Below, piece after piece: positions 50,827-60,835 of a stretch of DNA of 64,000 nucleotides. The translations under genes and the position numbers were made by a program. Positions within the stretch are counted from its first letter, which is position 1, and every line of letters begins with the position of its first letter. This DNA comes from a virus. Taxonomy: Duplodnaviria; Caudoviricetes. The DNA lies in the IMG/VR virus record IMGVR_UViG_3300020460_001010, positions 30,641 through 94,640 of that record. One strand, 5' to 3'. A model generated the notes under the pieces. That model saw only the letters and a program-made list of their open reading frames with translations, made no database searches and was not told where the DNA came from.

Positions 50827-51609
50827 GTGTATTCAGAAAACGAAATATACTGCATGGACAACTTGAAGTTTCTATGCGAATTGGATTCTAATTATATCAA
50901 TTTGATTTATTGTGATATATTGTATGGAACTGGTAAGAAGTTTAAGGATTATGATGACCTTCCACCGGAAAAGAGTGTAATTGAAAATCACTACATTCCT
51001 CGTCTAAGGGAAATGCGTAGAGTGCTGACGGATACGGGAACGATCTGTTTGCAAATGGATTTGCGTATTGTTCATTGGATAAGAAATATAATGGACGATA
51101 TATTTGGTTATGAAAATTTTAGAAATCAAATCGTGGTAAAGTTTAATATTGGTGGTCGAGGTAAACGAGAGTTTGCAAAGAAACATGATTATATTATTGT
51201 CTATACCAAATCCGATGAGTTTGTATTCAATGACATGGACATCCGAGTACCATACAAGTCGGTTATCAGTAAGAAGCAAGATAGACCAAATATCACCGAA
51301 GAAAAATTAAAAATTGGGACGATACCTACAAATGTTTGGGATGACATTCCGTCTGGATTAAAAGTCAAGAAAGCAACTGACTATTATAGTGAAAAACATC
51401 CGAAGATTTTGGAAAGAATTATCAAGGCAAGCAGTAACGAAGGTGACTTGGTAGGTGACTTTTATTGCGGAAGTGGAACTACATTTGCGGTTGCCAAGTC
51501 GTTGAATCGTAGGTTCATCGGGTGCGATAAAAACGAGGATGCAGTACAAATTTCAAGGGACAGAATTAATGAGAAAATAAGTCAATTTTTTTCCTTGAAA
51601 ACTGCATAA
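50827..51609 (+). CDS. N4-C/N6-A DNA methyltransferase (beta class)
   Basis: LIYCDILY at the DPPY position, FRNQIV, TNVW, EKHPKILERII and SAM-binding DFYCGSGTT; GTG start. Confidence 0.85.
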   Translation: MYSENEIYCMDNLKFLCELDSNYINLIYCDILYGTGKKFKDYDDLPPEKSVIENHYIPRLREMRRVLTDTGTICLQMDLRIVHWIRNIMDDIFGYENFRNQIVVKFNIGGRGKREFAKKHDYIIVYTKSDEFVFNDMDIRVPYKSVISKKQDRPNITEEKLKIGTIPTNVWDDIPSGLKVKKATDYYSEKHPKILERIIKASSNEGDLVGDFYCGSGTTFAVAKSLNRRFIGCDKNEDAVQISRDRINEKISQFFSLKTA

Positions 51610-51691
51610 AATTGAGTTAAAATATATTTATATATGAGCATTAAAAACGTTAATGTTCATCACACACAAACACACACAAAGGAATAAAGAA

Positions 51692-51925
51692 ATGATTACT
51701 ACAACTAATCAAAACCCGAATGCATATGCTATTCGGTTGGAAGTACTAAAGAACGCAAAAGACCTAGTTTGGGATGCGTGGCACATGAAGAATAACGAGG
51801 CAGAACGAAATGCTGAAGCTCGTAACGAATCATACGAAATGCCCCCACAACCATCGACAAAGGATGTACTGGACACTGCGGCTCAATTGTACGACTTCGT
51901 GCAAAATCACGGAAAAAAATCTTAA
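51692..51925 (+). CDS. small hypothetical protein
   Basis: AAGGA upstream of ATG 51692; NAYAIRLEVLKNAKD...AAQLYDFV. Confidence 0.7.
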   Translation: MITTTNQNPNAYAIRLEVLKNAKDLVWDAWHMKNNEAERNAEARNESYEMPPQPSTKDVLDTAAQLYDFVQNHGKKS

Positions 51926-51942
51926 GAAAAATATGTTTCTTA

Positions 51943-51971
51943 TTGACGAAAGTCGAAACGAACCGTATTAT
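51943..51971 (+). promoter_or_regulatory. sigma70-type promoter upstream of ssb
   Basis: TTGACG, N17, TATTAT. Confidence 0.6.
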
Positions 51972-52013
51972 ATTAAGAATATTATTAACAAATAAAAACT
52001 AAAGGATTAAGAA

Positions 52014-52838
52014 ATGGCTATTGACCTAGACAAAATCAAAAGCAGACTTTCAAGTCTGTCTCAAAGTAATAACAGAACGAACTATCAATGGAAACCACAA
52101 CCTGGTAAACAACAAGTTCGTATCGTACCCTACAAGCATCAACCCGATAATCCGTTTATTGAGTTGTTTTTCCATTACGGAATCAACAATCGGACTTATC
52201 TTTCCCCTGTATCGTTTGGTCGTCCCGACCCTATTTGCGAATTTGCGGAAAAGTTGAAGCGAAGTGGAGACAAGGATGATTATCGTATGGGGCGTTCTCT
52301 TATGCCCAAGATGCGTACCTTCGTCCCTGTTATTGTCCGAGGTGAAGAAGCAGAAGGTGTTAAGTTCTGGGGATTCGGAAAGGAAGTTTATCAAGAACTT
52401 CTCGGTGTAATCGCAGATCCTGACTACGGAGATATTACTGACCCAGAAAATGGTCGTGATATTACCATTGAATTCCTTTCTGCCGAAGAAGCAGGTCGTT
52501 CGTTTCCGAAGACCAACATCCGTGTTAAACCAAACACGTCACCAATCTCGGAAAACAAAAACGTACTGGAGAGTGTTTCCAATTCACAAGCAGAGATTAC
52601 TGAAATCTATCAGGAACTTGGTTATGATGAACTAAAAGAAGCACTTGAAAAGTGGGTAAGTGGTGAGACGGAAGAAGCACCCCCCGCAGAATCCGAGACG
52701 GTTGCCAGTGTAACTAAGGTTGAATCTTCAGAAGCACAGGTCAAACAACCCGCAAGTGCCACATCTGAAAAGAGTGGTTTGAATGTTGCAGCTACGGAAG
52801 ACGTAGAGGCTGCATTTGAAGAGTTGTTTAAGTCTTGA
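52014..52838 (+). CDS. ssb: single-stranded DNA-binding protein (T4 gp32-like)
   Basis: VRIVP, NPFIELFFHY, DPICE, VKFWGFGK and DITDPENGRDI; acidic tail ending FEELFKS. Confidence 0.85.
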   Translation: MAIDLDKIKSRLSSLSQSNNRTNYQWKPQPGKQQVRIVPYKHQPDNPFIELFFHYGINNRTYLSPVSFGRPDPICEFAEKLKRSGDKDDYRMGRSLMPKMRTFVPVIVRGEEAEGVKFWGFGKEVYQELLGVIADPDYGDITDPENGRDITIEFLSAEEAGRSFPKTNIRVKPNTSPISENKNVLESVSNSQAEITEIYQELGYDELKEALEKWVSGETEEAPPAESETVASVTKVESSEAQVKQPASATSEKSGLNVAATEDVEAAFEELFKS

Positions 52839-52854
52839 GGTTAACATAGGACAC

Positions 52855-52888
52855 GATGTGGTGTGGGAAATTCGTCCTACACCACATC
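52855..52888 (+). other. 14-bp intergenic stem-loop without U-tract
   Basis: GATGTGGTGTGGGA-aattcg-TCCTACACCACATC, with one G-U pair. Confidence 0.7.
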
Positions 52889-52918
52889 AGTCCACCTATT
52901 TAGGAAAGAATTTAAAAT

Positions 52919-54079
52919 ATGGCAAAGAAAAAAGAAGTTGTAACTACCAGTAAATCTGATGACTTGGCAAATGTACTTGCTGAGAGTTTGAACAAAGCAT
53001 ATAAAGACGAAGGCAAGGTTGCCTTTTTCTTGAGTGAGGGTGATGATCCATCACTTATCACCGATTGGATTTCAACGGGTAGTAGTCTTCTTGACTTGGC
53101 AATTTCCAACCGACCTGAGGGGGGAATCCCTGCCGGTAGGATTACGGAACTCACGGGACTGGAGCAGAGTGGAAAGAGTCTACTTTCAGGTCACATTCTT
53201 GCGGAAACACAAAAGAAAGGTGGAGTCGCAGTTTTGATTGATACGGAAACGAGTGTATCAGCAGAATACTTAACGGCAATTGGAGTGGATACGGAGAAAC
53301 TTCTTTATATTCATGTGGATACTGTTGAAGATATTTTTGCAACGATTGATAACATAATTGCAACTATTAGAAAGTCTGACAAGGATAGACTTGTTACGAT
53401 TGTAACTGATAGTGTCTCGGCCGCATCAACCAAAGTTGAGATGGCAACCGATTATAGCAAGGACGGATATGCAACAACCAAAGCAATCCTTATCAGCAAG
53501 GCAATGCGTAAGTTGACTTCCACAATTGGACGTCAACGAATTGCTCTTGTGTTTACTAATCAACTTCGTCAGAAGATGGGAGTTATGTTTGGTGATCCGT
53601 GGACAACTAGTGGTGGTAAGGCACTTGCCTTTCATGCAAGTGTCAGAGTTCGTCTGAAGAATCTTGGACAGATTAAACAAGGCACTACTACTGAGGTAAT
53701 TGGAAACAAGTGCGAAGCAACCATTGTTAAGAACCGAATGGGTCCACCCCAACGCAAAGCTGCGTTTGAAATTTATTTCAATCGGGGTGTGGATGATATT
53801 GGGAGTTGGATAACTACTCTCAAGACTCATAAGATTTTTAAGCAAGGTGGTGCATATTATTCGTATACTGATGATAAGGGAAATGACCATAAATTTATGG
53901 CAAAAGAATTTCCCGACTTGCTCAAGGATGAAGATCTTAAAAATGAACTTTACCAAAAGATTTGCGACAAGGTTGTAATGGAATATTCCTCTGCAAATAG
54001 TGTCATAGATGAAGATGTAGAGTTTGAAGACAACGATGAAATTGCCGAAAAAGAATTGGCAACCGTTGAAGATGAGTGA
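52919..54079 (+). CDS. recA: RecA/UvsX recombinase
   Basis: ISTGSSLLD, Walker A GLEQSGKS, IDTE, DSV, FTNQLR, GGKALAFHASVR and VKNR. Confidence 0.93.
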   Translation: MAKKKEVVTTSKSDDLANVLAESLNKAYKDEGKVAFFLSEGDDPSLITDWISTGSSLLDLAISNRPEGGIPAGRITELTGLEQSGKSLLSGHILAETQKKGGVAVLIDTETSVSAEYLTAIGVDTEKLLYIHVDTVEDIFATIDNIIATIRKSDKDRLVTIVTDSVSAASTKVEMATDYSKDGYATTKAILISKAMRKLTSTIGRQRIALVFTNQLRQKMGVMFGDPWTTSGGKALAFHASVRVRLKNLGQIKQGTTTEVIGNKCEATIVKNRMGPPQRKAAFEIYFNRGVDDIGSWITTLKTHKIFKQGGAYYSYTDDKGNDHKFMAKEFPDLLKDEDLKNELYQKICDKVVMEYSSANSVIDEDVEFEDNDEIAEKELATVEDE

Positions 54080-55154
54080 TAAGACACGTATATTTAGTTT
54101 ATTTGAAGAGTTTAGCGAGGAGCAAAAGGAATCACTGGAATCTAACGCAGGCATCAATGGAAATGCCCTGTTAATTGATGGTATGAATACCTTTATGCGT
54201 GTGTGGACGATGTATCCAACCACGAACGATAACGGTGAGCATATCGGAGGATTTACTGGATTTCTAAAAAGCATAGGTCATGCGATTCGTTTATTGAAAC
54301 CAACTCGTTGTATCATTGTATTTGATGGTAAGGGTGGAAGTCAGAGAAGAAGAAAGATTTTCCCCGATTATAAAATGAAAAAGAACGTTAGGTTTCGTGT
54401 AAACCGTGCAATGAGTTTGGATATGGATCGTGAGGAAGAGTCGGATTCAATGAAGACTCAAATAGTAAAACTTGTTCAATACTTGGACTTGCTACCAGTT
54501 ACTACGATTTGTATTGATAATGTGGAAGCAGATGACGTACTTGCATTTTTGGCCAAGGAGAAGTTTGAAGCAAACGGACATCGTGCAACTATAATGAGTA
54601 CGGATAAGGACTTTCTTCAGTTGGTTAGTGAAAACATATCCGTTTATTCTCCAACCAAGAGAAAGATTTATTTACCTGACACGGTTGCACACGAATATGG
54701 GATACATCCGAAAAATTATCTTACATACAGGACAATAGATGGGGATCGAGGTGACAATATTGATGGAATCAAGGGTGCGGGTGAGAAAAAAATAAAAACC
54801 GCATTTCCATGTTTGTCGGAAGCTCGGAAAGTTGATATGAAGGAATTGGTAGAAATATCCGAAGCAAATAAAAAATCGATGCCATTTTACAAAACATTTC
54901 TAAAAGAGGAAAACCAAACTTTGCTAAGTCGCAATTATGATTTAATGCAACTCCATGATAGTATCATGCCAGCGAGTATGCAAACCAAGATACTTGACCA
55001 TGTGGATACCCCACTCAACTCACTGAATAAGTTTGAGTTCAGTAAGAAGTTTGCTGAAGACCAGTTGTGGGCTGCATTTCCAAACCATCATAATTGGTTA
55101 ATGGAGACTTGGACTCTTTTGAATAGTTATGCGGTAGTTGATTCTCCAACTTAA
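54072..55154 (+). CDS. 5'-3' exonuclease/flap endonuclease (T4 RNase H or PolA N-terminal-like)
   Basis: LLIDGMN, VFDG, YK, EADD, STDKDFLQL and GDRGDNIDGIKGAGEK. Confidence 0.92.
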   Translation: MSDKTRIFSLFEEFSEEQKESLESNAGINGNALLIDGMNTFMRVWTMYPTTNDNGEHIGGFTGFLKSIGHAIRLLKPTRCIIVFDGKGGSQRRRKIFPDYKMKKNVRFRVNRAMSLDMDREEESDSMKTQIVKLVQYLDLLPVTTICIDNVEADDVLAFLAKEKFEANGHRATIMSTDKDFLQLVSENISVYSPTKRKIYLPDTVAHEYGIHPKNYLTYRTIDGDRGDNIDGIKGAGEKKIKTAFPCLSEARKVDMKELVEISEANKKSMPFYKTFLKEENQTLLSRNYDLMQLHDSIMPASMQTKILDHVDTPLNSLNKFEFSKKFAEDQLWAAFPNHHNWLMETWTLLNSYAVVDSPT

Positions 55155-55177
55155 TTTGATATTTTGAAAGAAAAACC

Positions 55178-55206
55178 TTGAATGATGTGGGAGACTTTGA
55201 TAAGGT
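55178..55206 (+). promoter_or_regulatory. possible sigma70-type promoter
   Basis: TTGAAT, N17, TAAGGT, with an extended -10 TG. Confidence 0.4.
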
Positions 55207-55215
55207 ATATATTAA

Positions 55216-56622
55216 ATGACTGAGACTGCACAAGAAGAAACTGATACACTCCAGAAATACGGAACTGCATTTCAAAGTAAAGCAATCCGTGCTTTGATTG
55301 ATGACAAGCAATTTTTGGAAAGAACCCATGATATCGTTGACACCGAATACTGGGAAAGTGAACCAAATAAATGGATTGTTTCCGAGATACTAGATTATTT
55401 TGGAATATATAAACGAACGATTACTTTAGACGTATTTAAGATTAAAGTAGATGATGTTGGAATTGAGGTGCTGAAGGCGGCAATCATTGATCAACTCAAA
55501 GTAGTTTTTACGGTAGATACAAATGACAACACATTTGTGAAAGAGGAGTTTTTAACTTTTTGTAAGAATCAGAAGTTAAAAAATGCAATCATATCAAGTG
55601 TCGATTTACTTAAACTCGGTCAGTACGATTCTATTAAACGAACCGTAGATGACGCAATGAAGGCAGGTACGGAACGTAATCTTGGACACGACTATATGGA
55701 GGGTCTTGATGAACGAATGTCTGAAACTGCAAGAGAAACTATTCCAACTGGGTGGGAGGTTATTGACGATTTAACTGCACAGGGGTTGGGTCCTGGAGAA
55801 CTTGGGGTAATCATTAGTAGTGCAGGTGGTGGTAAGAGTTGGTGTCTTGCTCATCTTGGTAAAGAAGCAATGAAACGTGGAAAGAATGTATTGCACTACA
55901 CTCTTGAGTTGAACGAGTGTTATGTGGGATTGCGTTATGATAGTTGTTTTGCAAATATCCCATTTCAGGAAATCATGGAGAGCATTGAAAAAGTGAGATC
56001 AGTTATTAGTGGGATTAGTGGTAATCTTCTTATTAAGGAATACCCCACAAAAAGTGTTGGGGTTTCAACCATCCTTGCCCATGCGAATTTGGCAAGGACA
56101 ATGGGATACGGTGTGGACATGGTTGTTGTGGACTATGCAGACATTTTGTCACCGGGTAATATTGGCAATAATGCAAACACATATGTTGAACAAGGTAGTA
56201 TTTATGAAGACCTTAGAGGTCTTGCGGGGGAACTGGGGGTTCCCGTGTGGACGGCATCACAGGCAAGTCGTTCTTCGTTGGATGATAATATCATTGAGGC
56301 TCAAAAAGTTGCGGATAGCTATCGTAAGATAATGACTGCGGATTTTGTTATGAGTTTATCAAGAAAATCAACCGATAAAATAAGTAATACAGGTAGATTT
56401 CATGTGATCAAAAATAGATTTGGTCCAGATGGAATGACCTTCCCGAGTCGAGTAGATACCTCAGCTGGCATGATTGAGATATATGATGAAAAAAGCACTA
56501 ATGGTGCAGAAATAATGGTGGAAATGAACAATGCAGATAATTCCGCACAAGGAGCATTGCGACAAAGATATAATCAAATGAATCAATCAGAAAGTGGAGA
56601 AGAATACGAAGAACTTGGATAA
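55216..56622 (+). CDS. replicative SF4 helicase (DnaB/T4 gp41-like)
   Basis: IPTGW, Walker A SAGGGKS, YTLEL, VVDYAD, WTASQ and KNRFG. Confidence 0.92.
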   Translation: MTETAQEETDTLQKYGTAFQSKAIRALIDDKQFLERTHDIVDTEYWESEPNKWIVSEILDYFGIYKRTITLDVFKIKVDDVGIEVLKAAIIDQLKVVFTVDTNDNTFVKEEFLTFCKNQKLKNAIISSVDLLKLGQYDSIKRTVDDAMKAGTERNLGHDYMEGLDERMSETARETIPTGWEVIDDLTAQGLGPGELGVIISSAGGGKSWCLAHLGKEAMKRGKNVLHYTLELNECYVGLRYDSCFANIPFQEIMESIEKVRSVISGISGNLLIKEYPTKSVGVSTILAHANLARTMGYGVDMVVVDYADILSPGNIGNNANTYVEQGSIYEDLRGLAGELGVPVWTASQASRSSLDDNIIEAQKVADSYRKIMTADFVMSLSRKSTDKISNTGRFHVIKNRFGPDGMTFPSRVDTSAGMIEIYDEKSTNGAEIMVEMNNADNSAQGALRQRYNQMNQSESGEEYEELG

Positions 56623-56713
56623 ATTTTTCATATATATTGTATGTATATTTTTCGGCATTTTGTCGAAAGGATTTATTATAGTTTTTCTATAATTTTTAAC
56701 AAAAGGTTACAAT

Positions 56714-59188
56714 ATGAAAGTAAAGAAGAGAAATGGTCGGTTAGAAGAGTTTAACGTTGATAAAATCAACAAATGTGCAGAACGTGCGTGTAAAAATTTA
56801 GAAAACGTAAGTGCAAGTGAAGTGTTGATTGATGCCAAAATCAAGTTGTACGACAAAGTTACCACCATTGAGATAGACAAATCACTTATTATGAGTGCGA
56901 GGTCTAAAATTGAGTTTGAACCCAATTATGCTTATGTGGCCGCACGAATCCTTCTTAACACAATTTACAAAGAAGTATTTGGAGAAGGAGTAGATAGTGA
57001 TGCGTTTGAACTTCAGTATCGTAAAAGTTTTATTACAAATATGCGTAGATTAGTCCGAGAAGAAATCTTGGACGAACAACTTCTTGAATGTTTTGATTTG
57101 CGTGATTTGAGTGCAAGATTGAATATTGAACGGGAAAAAGATTGGAAGTATCTTGGTATTCAAACGATATATGATCGTTATCTTCTTCACATAGACAATC
57201 GCAGAATGGAAACACCACAAGCAATGTGGATGCGTATTGCTATGGGTCTTGCGTTAAATGAAAAACCAGAAGACCGACAAGAATATGCTTTGAAGTTTTA
57301 TGAAACATTAAGTCAGTTTGATGTAGTGAGTTCAACTCCAACTTTGTTTAATAGTGGAACGACTCATAGTCAATTGAGTAGTTGCTATTTAAATACATTT
57401 GATGATTCCATTGATGGGATTTTTGATGGACTCTGGCAAGAAGCAAGAAAGAGCAAGTTTGCAGGGGGACTTGGGTTCGACATCACCAACTTTCGTTCAC
57501 GGGGCAGTTTTATCAAGGGTACGAACGGGACAAATCAAGGTCCCGTTTATTTTTGGAAACTTTACAACGATATGCTTGTTGCAGTAAATCAGGGTGGAAA
57601 AAGAAAAGGTGCGGGATGTGCATACTTGGAAACATGGCACGCTGACATTGAAGATTTCCTTGCATTGAGAAAAACAGTCGGTGACGATAGAATGCGTTGC
57701 CACGACATGAATACTGCAAATTGGATTCCAGATTTGTTCATGGAGCAAGTTGAAAAGGATGGAGATTGGCATCTGTTTAGTCCAGATGAAGTTCCAGAAC
57801 TACATGAAACTTTTGGTGCGGAGTTTAAGAAGCACTATAAGAAGTATGTCAAGAAGGGTAACGCAGGAGAACTTAGGGTGTTCAAGACTGTTTCTGCAAA
57901 GGGTTTGTGGAAGAAGATGCTTAAGAGTTTGTTTGAAACAGGACATCCGTGGATTACGTTTAAAGATCCATCAAACCTTCGTTATAGCAACCAGCACGTT
58001 GGTGCGGTTCATAGCAGTAATCTTTGCACGGAAATTCTTCTTCATACCATACCAACTATTCATAATGACGATGGAACGCGTTCGGTAAAGGAATATGGAG
58101 AAACCGCAACTTGCAATCTTGCGAGTATCAATTTGAAACGTCATGTTGGTGTAGACAAGCATGGTGAAAAGTTTATCGACTATGAGAAGTTGGAACGAAG
58201 CACCAAGATGGCCATGCGTATGTTGGACAATGTTATTGACCTCAATTACTATCCAACTGAGGAAGCAAGAAAGAGCAACATGACTCATCGTCCAGTTGGA
58301 TTGGGTACAATGGGTTGGCATGATATGTTCTATGAGTTTAATATAAATTACGGAAGTGAAGATGCGATTCGCATTAGTGACGAAATATATGAGAATGTTT
58401 CCTATTTCGCAATTGAGTCATCTTCCGACATGGCACTTGAAAAAGAAACATATGAATCATATTCGGGAAGTCTATGGAGCAAGGGAACATTCCCAATTGA
58501 TACCTACAAAGAACTCATGGAACTTCGTGGTACTGAGCAGAAAATTACTCCACGGAAAGATTGGGACAAACTAAAAGCAAAAGTTGCCAAACAAGGAATG
58601 CGTAATTCAAATACGATGGCAATTGCACCGACTGCAACAATCAGTTACATCGCAGGTTGCTCACAAAGCATTGAACCCAATTTTGGAGTGATTTTTGTAT
58701 ACTCCACGTTGAGTGGTGAATTCACAATGATGAACGAATACTTTGTCAACGACATGAAGGCAGAGGGAATTTGGACAAAGGAACTTGCCAACCTCGTAAA
58801 AAGTGTAGACGGAGATTTGCACAAACTCAATGGTTCTATTCCACAATGGATTAAAGAAAAATACGTAACCGCATTTCACCAAGACCAATTTAAGTTGATT
58901 GATTGTGCAGCTGCTCGTCAAAAGTGGATTGACCAAGGACAGAGTTTGAATCTTTACAATGACAAAAGCAGTATGAAGTTTTTGAATGACATTTACTTTC
59001 ATGCTTGGAGAAGTGGTTTGAAGACAACTTACTATTTGCGAAATCTGGCTGCAAGTGCAGTTGAGAAGTCTACGGGAGTCAATGTAGAAGAACCCACGGA
59101 TACATCAGACTCACAAGAAACCGCAGAACCTTCTTTGTGTAGTTTAGAAGCAAAAATGCGTGGAGAAATCTGCGAAAGTTGTCAGTGA
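56714..59188 (+). CDS. nrdA: ribonucleotide reductase class I alpha subunit with ATP cone (NrdAz-like)
   Basis: VKKRNG ATP cone, TPTLFN, SSCYL, SNLCTEI, CNLAS, APTATIS, TTYYLR and C-terminal CESCQ. Confidence 0.97.
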   Translation: MKVKKRNGRLEEFNVDKINKCAERACKNLENVSASEVLIDAKIKLYDKVTTIEIDKSLIMSARSKIEFEPNYAYVAARILLNTIYKEVFGEGVDSDAFELQYRKSFITNMRRLVREEILDEQLLECFDLRDLSARLNIEREKDWKYLGIQTIYDRYLLHIDNRRMETPQAMWMRIAMGLALNEKPEDRQEYALKFYETLSQFDVVSSTPTLFNSGTTHSQLSSCYLNTFDDSIDGIFDGLWQEARKSKFAGGLGFDITNFRSRGSFIKGTNGTNQGPVYFWKLYNDMLVAVNQGGKRKGAGCAYLETWHADIEDFLALRKTVGDDRMRCHDMNTANWIPDLFMEQVEKDGDWHLFSPDEVPELHETFGAEFKKHYKKYVKKGNAGELRVFKTVSAKGLWKKMLKSLFETGHPWITFKDPSNLRYSNQHVGAVHSSNLCTEILLHTIPTIHNDDGTRSVKEYGETATCNLASINLKRHVGVDKHGEKFIDYEKLERSTKMAMRMLDNVIDLNYYPTEEARKSNMTHRPVGLGTMGWHDMFYEFNINYGSEDAIRISDEIYENVSYFAIESSSDMALEKETYESYSGSLWSKGTFPIDTYKELMELRGTEQKITPRKDWDKLKAKVAKQGMRNSNTMAIAPTATISYIAGCSQSIEPNFGVIFVYSTLSGEFTMMNEYFVNDMKAEGIWTKELANLVKSVDGDLHKLNGSIPQWIKEKYVTAFHQDQFKLIDCAAARQKWIDQGQSLNLYNDKSSMKFLNDIYFHAWRSGLKTTYYLRNLAASAVEKSTGVNVEEPTDTSDSQETAEPSLCSLEAKMRGEICESCQ

Positions 59189-59209
59189 ATTAAAATAATA
59201 TCCCCAAAC

Positions 59210-59233
59210 CATGCCGAAACTGCACTTGGCATG
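59210..59233 (+). other. intergenic hairpin after nrdA
   Basis: CATGCCGA...TTGGCATG inverted repeat with no strong U-tract. Confidence 0.4.
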
Positions 59234-59273
59234 ATATATATTAGTATTAACTAATTTAACGAGGTATATGCTA

Positions 59274-60272
59274 ATGAAACTATTTGTAATCGCAATTTTA
59301 AGTATGGCAGTGACTATGGTTACTGTAAGTGGTGAAGGAAAAACAATGAGAGAAGTTGCGGATCATTTACAAGACATCTCAGTTACCATCAAGTCTGAGG
59401 GTAGATATAGCAAATCAGAAGGTTCTGGTGCTATGATTATCCGTGAGGTGGATGGACAAAAGGTAACGTTCGTTTGGACAGCCGCACACGTAATTGATAA
59501 CCTTCGTTCAGTTAGAACTGTTATCAATGAAAAAGGTCAACCAGTTAAGTTGGTAGAATTTGAAGACCCCAAGATTGTTAAGGAACTTGTTGAGAAAGGT
59601 CGTAGAGTCGGTGAAATGAAGATGGATGCGAGAGTTATCAAGTATTCAGACGCAGATGACGGAGAAGACTTGGCACTTCTTATGGTTCGTGCAAGAGATT
59701 ATGCAAAGAGTGGTGCTAAGTTTAAGATACAATCTGCTAAGAAGGACGATGACAACATTGTACCAATCGGAACTCGTTTGTTTCACGTAGGGTCTTTGCT
59801 TGGTCAGATGGGTGCAAACTCAATGACAACCGGTATTATTTCACAAGTAGGCAGAACTCTGGGAAAAGTTGAATATGACCAAACTACCGTTACTGCATTT
59901 CCAGGCAGTTCCGGAGGAGGTGTATATCTAACCGATGGCCGTTACATGGGTATGTTGGTAAGAGGTGCGGGTGAAGGTTTTAATCTGATTGTTCCAGTTC
60001 GTAGAATGGTACGTTGGGCAGAGAAGAATGACATTATGTGGGCAATTGACCCAAGTGTTGAAATGCCATCTCTCGATGAGATTAACGAAATTCCAGTAGA
60101 GGATGCGGGTGTCGGAGGAAAGAAAAAGTCCGATGGTGACGATGATAAGTCACTTCGTTCACTTCCGTATCTTATTAAAGTCACTCCAATCAACGAAACA
60201 CTTGATGCGAGTGAGGAGTTGGATGTTCGTCCCACAGATGGAACAATTTCCCCAAAACTCGAGCTTAGATAA
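59274..60272 (+). CDS. secreted trypsin-like (S1) serine protease
   Basis: Signal peptide MKLFVIAILSMAVTMVTVSG; triad motifs TAAHV, DLALL and PGSSGGG. GAGGT spacing favours ATG 59274 over 59268. Confidence 0.88.
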   Translation: MKLFVIAILSMAVTMVTVSGEGKTMREVADHLQDISVTIKSEGRYSKSEGSGAMIIREVDGQKVTFVWTAAHVIDNLRSVRTVINEKGQPVKLVEFEDPKIVKELVEKGRRVGEMKMDARVIKYSDADDGEDLALLMVRARDYAKSGAKFKIQSAKKDDDNIVPIGTRLFHVGSLLGQMGANSMTTGIISQVGRTLGKVEYDQTTVTAFPGSSGGGVYLTDGRYMGMLVRGAGEGFNLIVPVRRMVRWAEKNDIMWAIDPSVEMPSLDEINEIPVEDAGVGGKKKSDGDDDKSLRSLPYLIKVTPINETLDASEELDVRPTDGTISPKLELR

Positions 60273-60818
60273 TTGGATTATCTGAGATTTACGCAAAAGG
60301 TTATATCAACAATAATATTATTTATATCGTCCTCGGTGCTATCGTGTGCCGGGGACGATGGGTTTATAAAGGAAACGGATTCCAAAGAACCGAAGAAAGT
60401 TGAGGACACTCCAAAGACTTCGGATGATAAACAAGAATCCAAGGTGGATTGGACAATTGTAGTTGACCCACGACTACAAGCATCGTATGAGAAGTACGAA
60501 CGAGAGAAACGCATTCGTGCACAATTCTCAAAAGACATTGCAAGATTTGCCACATTGAAAAAGAAAACTTTTGACATGGTTGCATTGATTCATAAGTTTG
60601 ACTTGAAAGGTCCTCATTATGATCCGACAAAGTTTGATGAACTCACAAAATGGATGAGGATATATGAGAAGGAGATTTTGATTGCAATGGACAATTATGA
60701 TGCAGCCGCCTACGTTTTCTTTTTTGAAGAATTTGCAAAGCTCACAATACAACGAGCGGGTATGATAAATCCTGACTGCAAACTTAAAGATTGCGAATGT
60801 CGCAATTATAAAGATTAA
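60273..60818 (+). CDS. putative exported protein or lipoprotein
   Basis: Hydrophobic ISTIILFISSSVLS-C; C-terminal CKLKDCEC; the TTG start is uncertain. Confidence 0.55.
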   Translation: MDYLRFTQKVISTIILFISSSVLSCAGDDGFIKETDSKEPKKVEDTPKTSDDKQESKVDWTIVVDPRLQASYEKYEREKRIRAQFSKDIARFATLKKKTFDMVALIHKFDLKGPHYDPTKFDELTKWMRIYEKEILIAMDNYDAAAYVFFFEEFAKLTIQRAGMINPDCKLKDCECRNYKD

Positions 60819-60835
60819 ATTTTATATTTATAAAA

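Noticed and set aside
47345-54274. Minus-strand ORFs of 211 aa (47345-47980) and 282 aa (53426-54274)
   Set aside because: They are antisense to prkA and to recA/exonuclease, with no recognisable features.
7198-59188. Introns or inteins in terL, recA, helicase or nrdA
   Set aside because: All are uninterrupted and of ordinary length, with no intein splice motifs or homing endonuclease ORFs seen.
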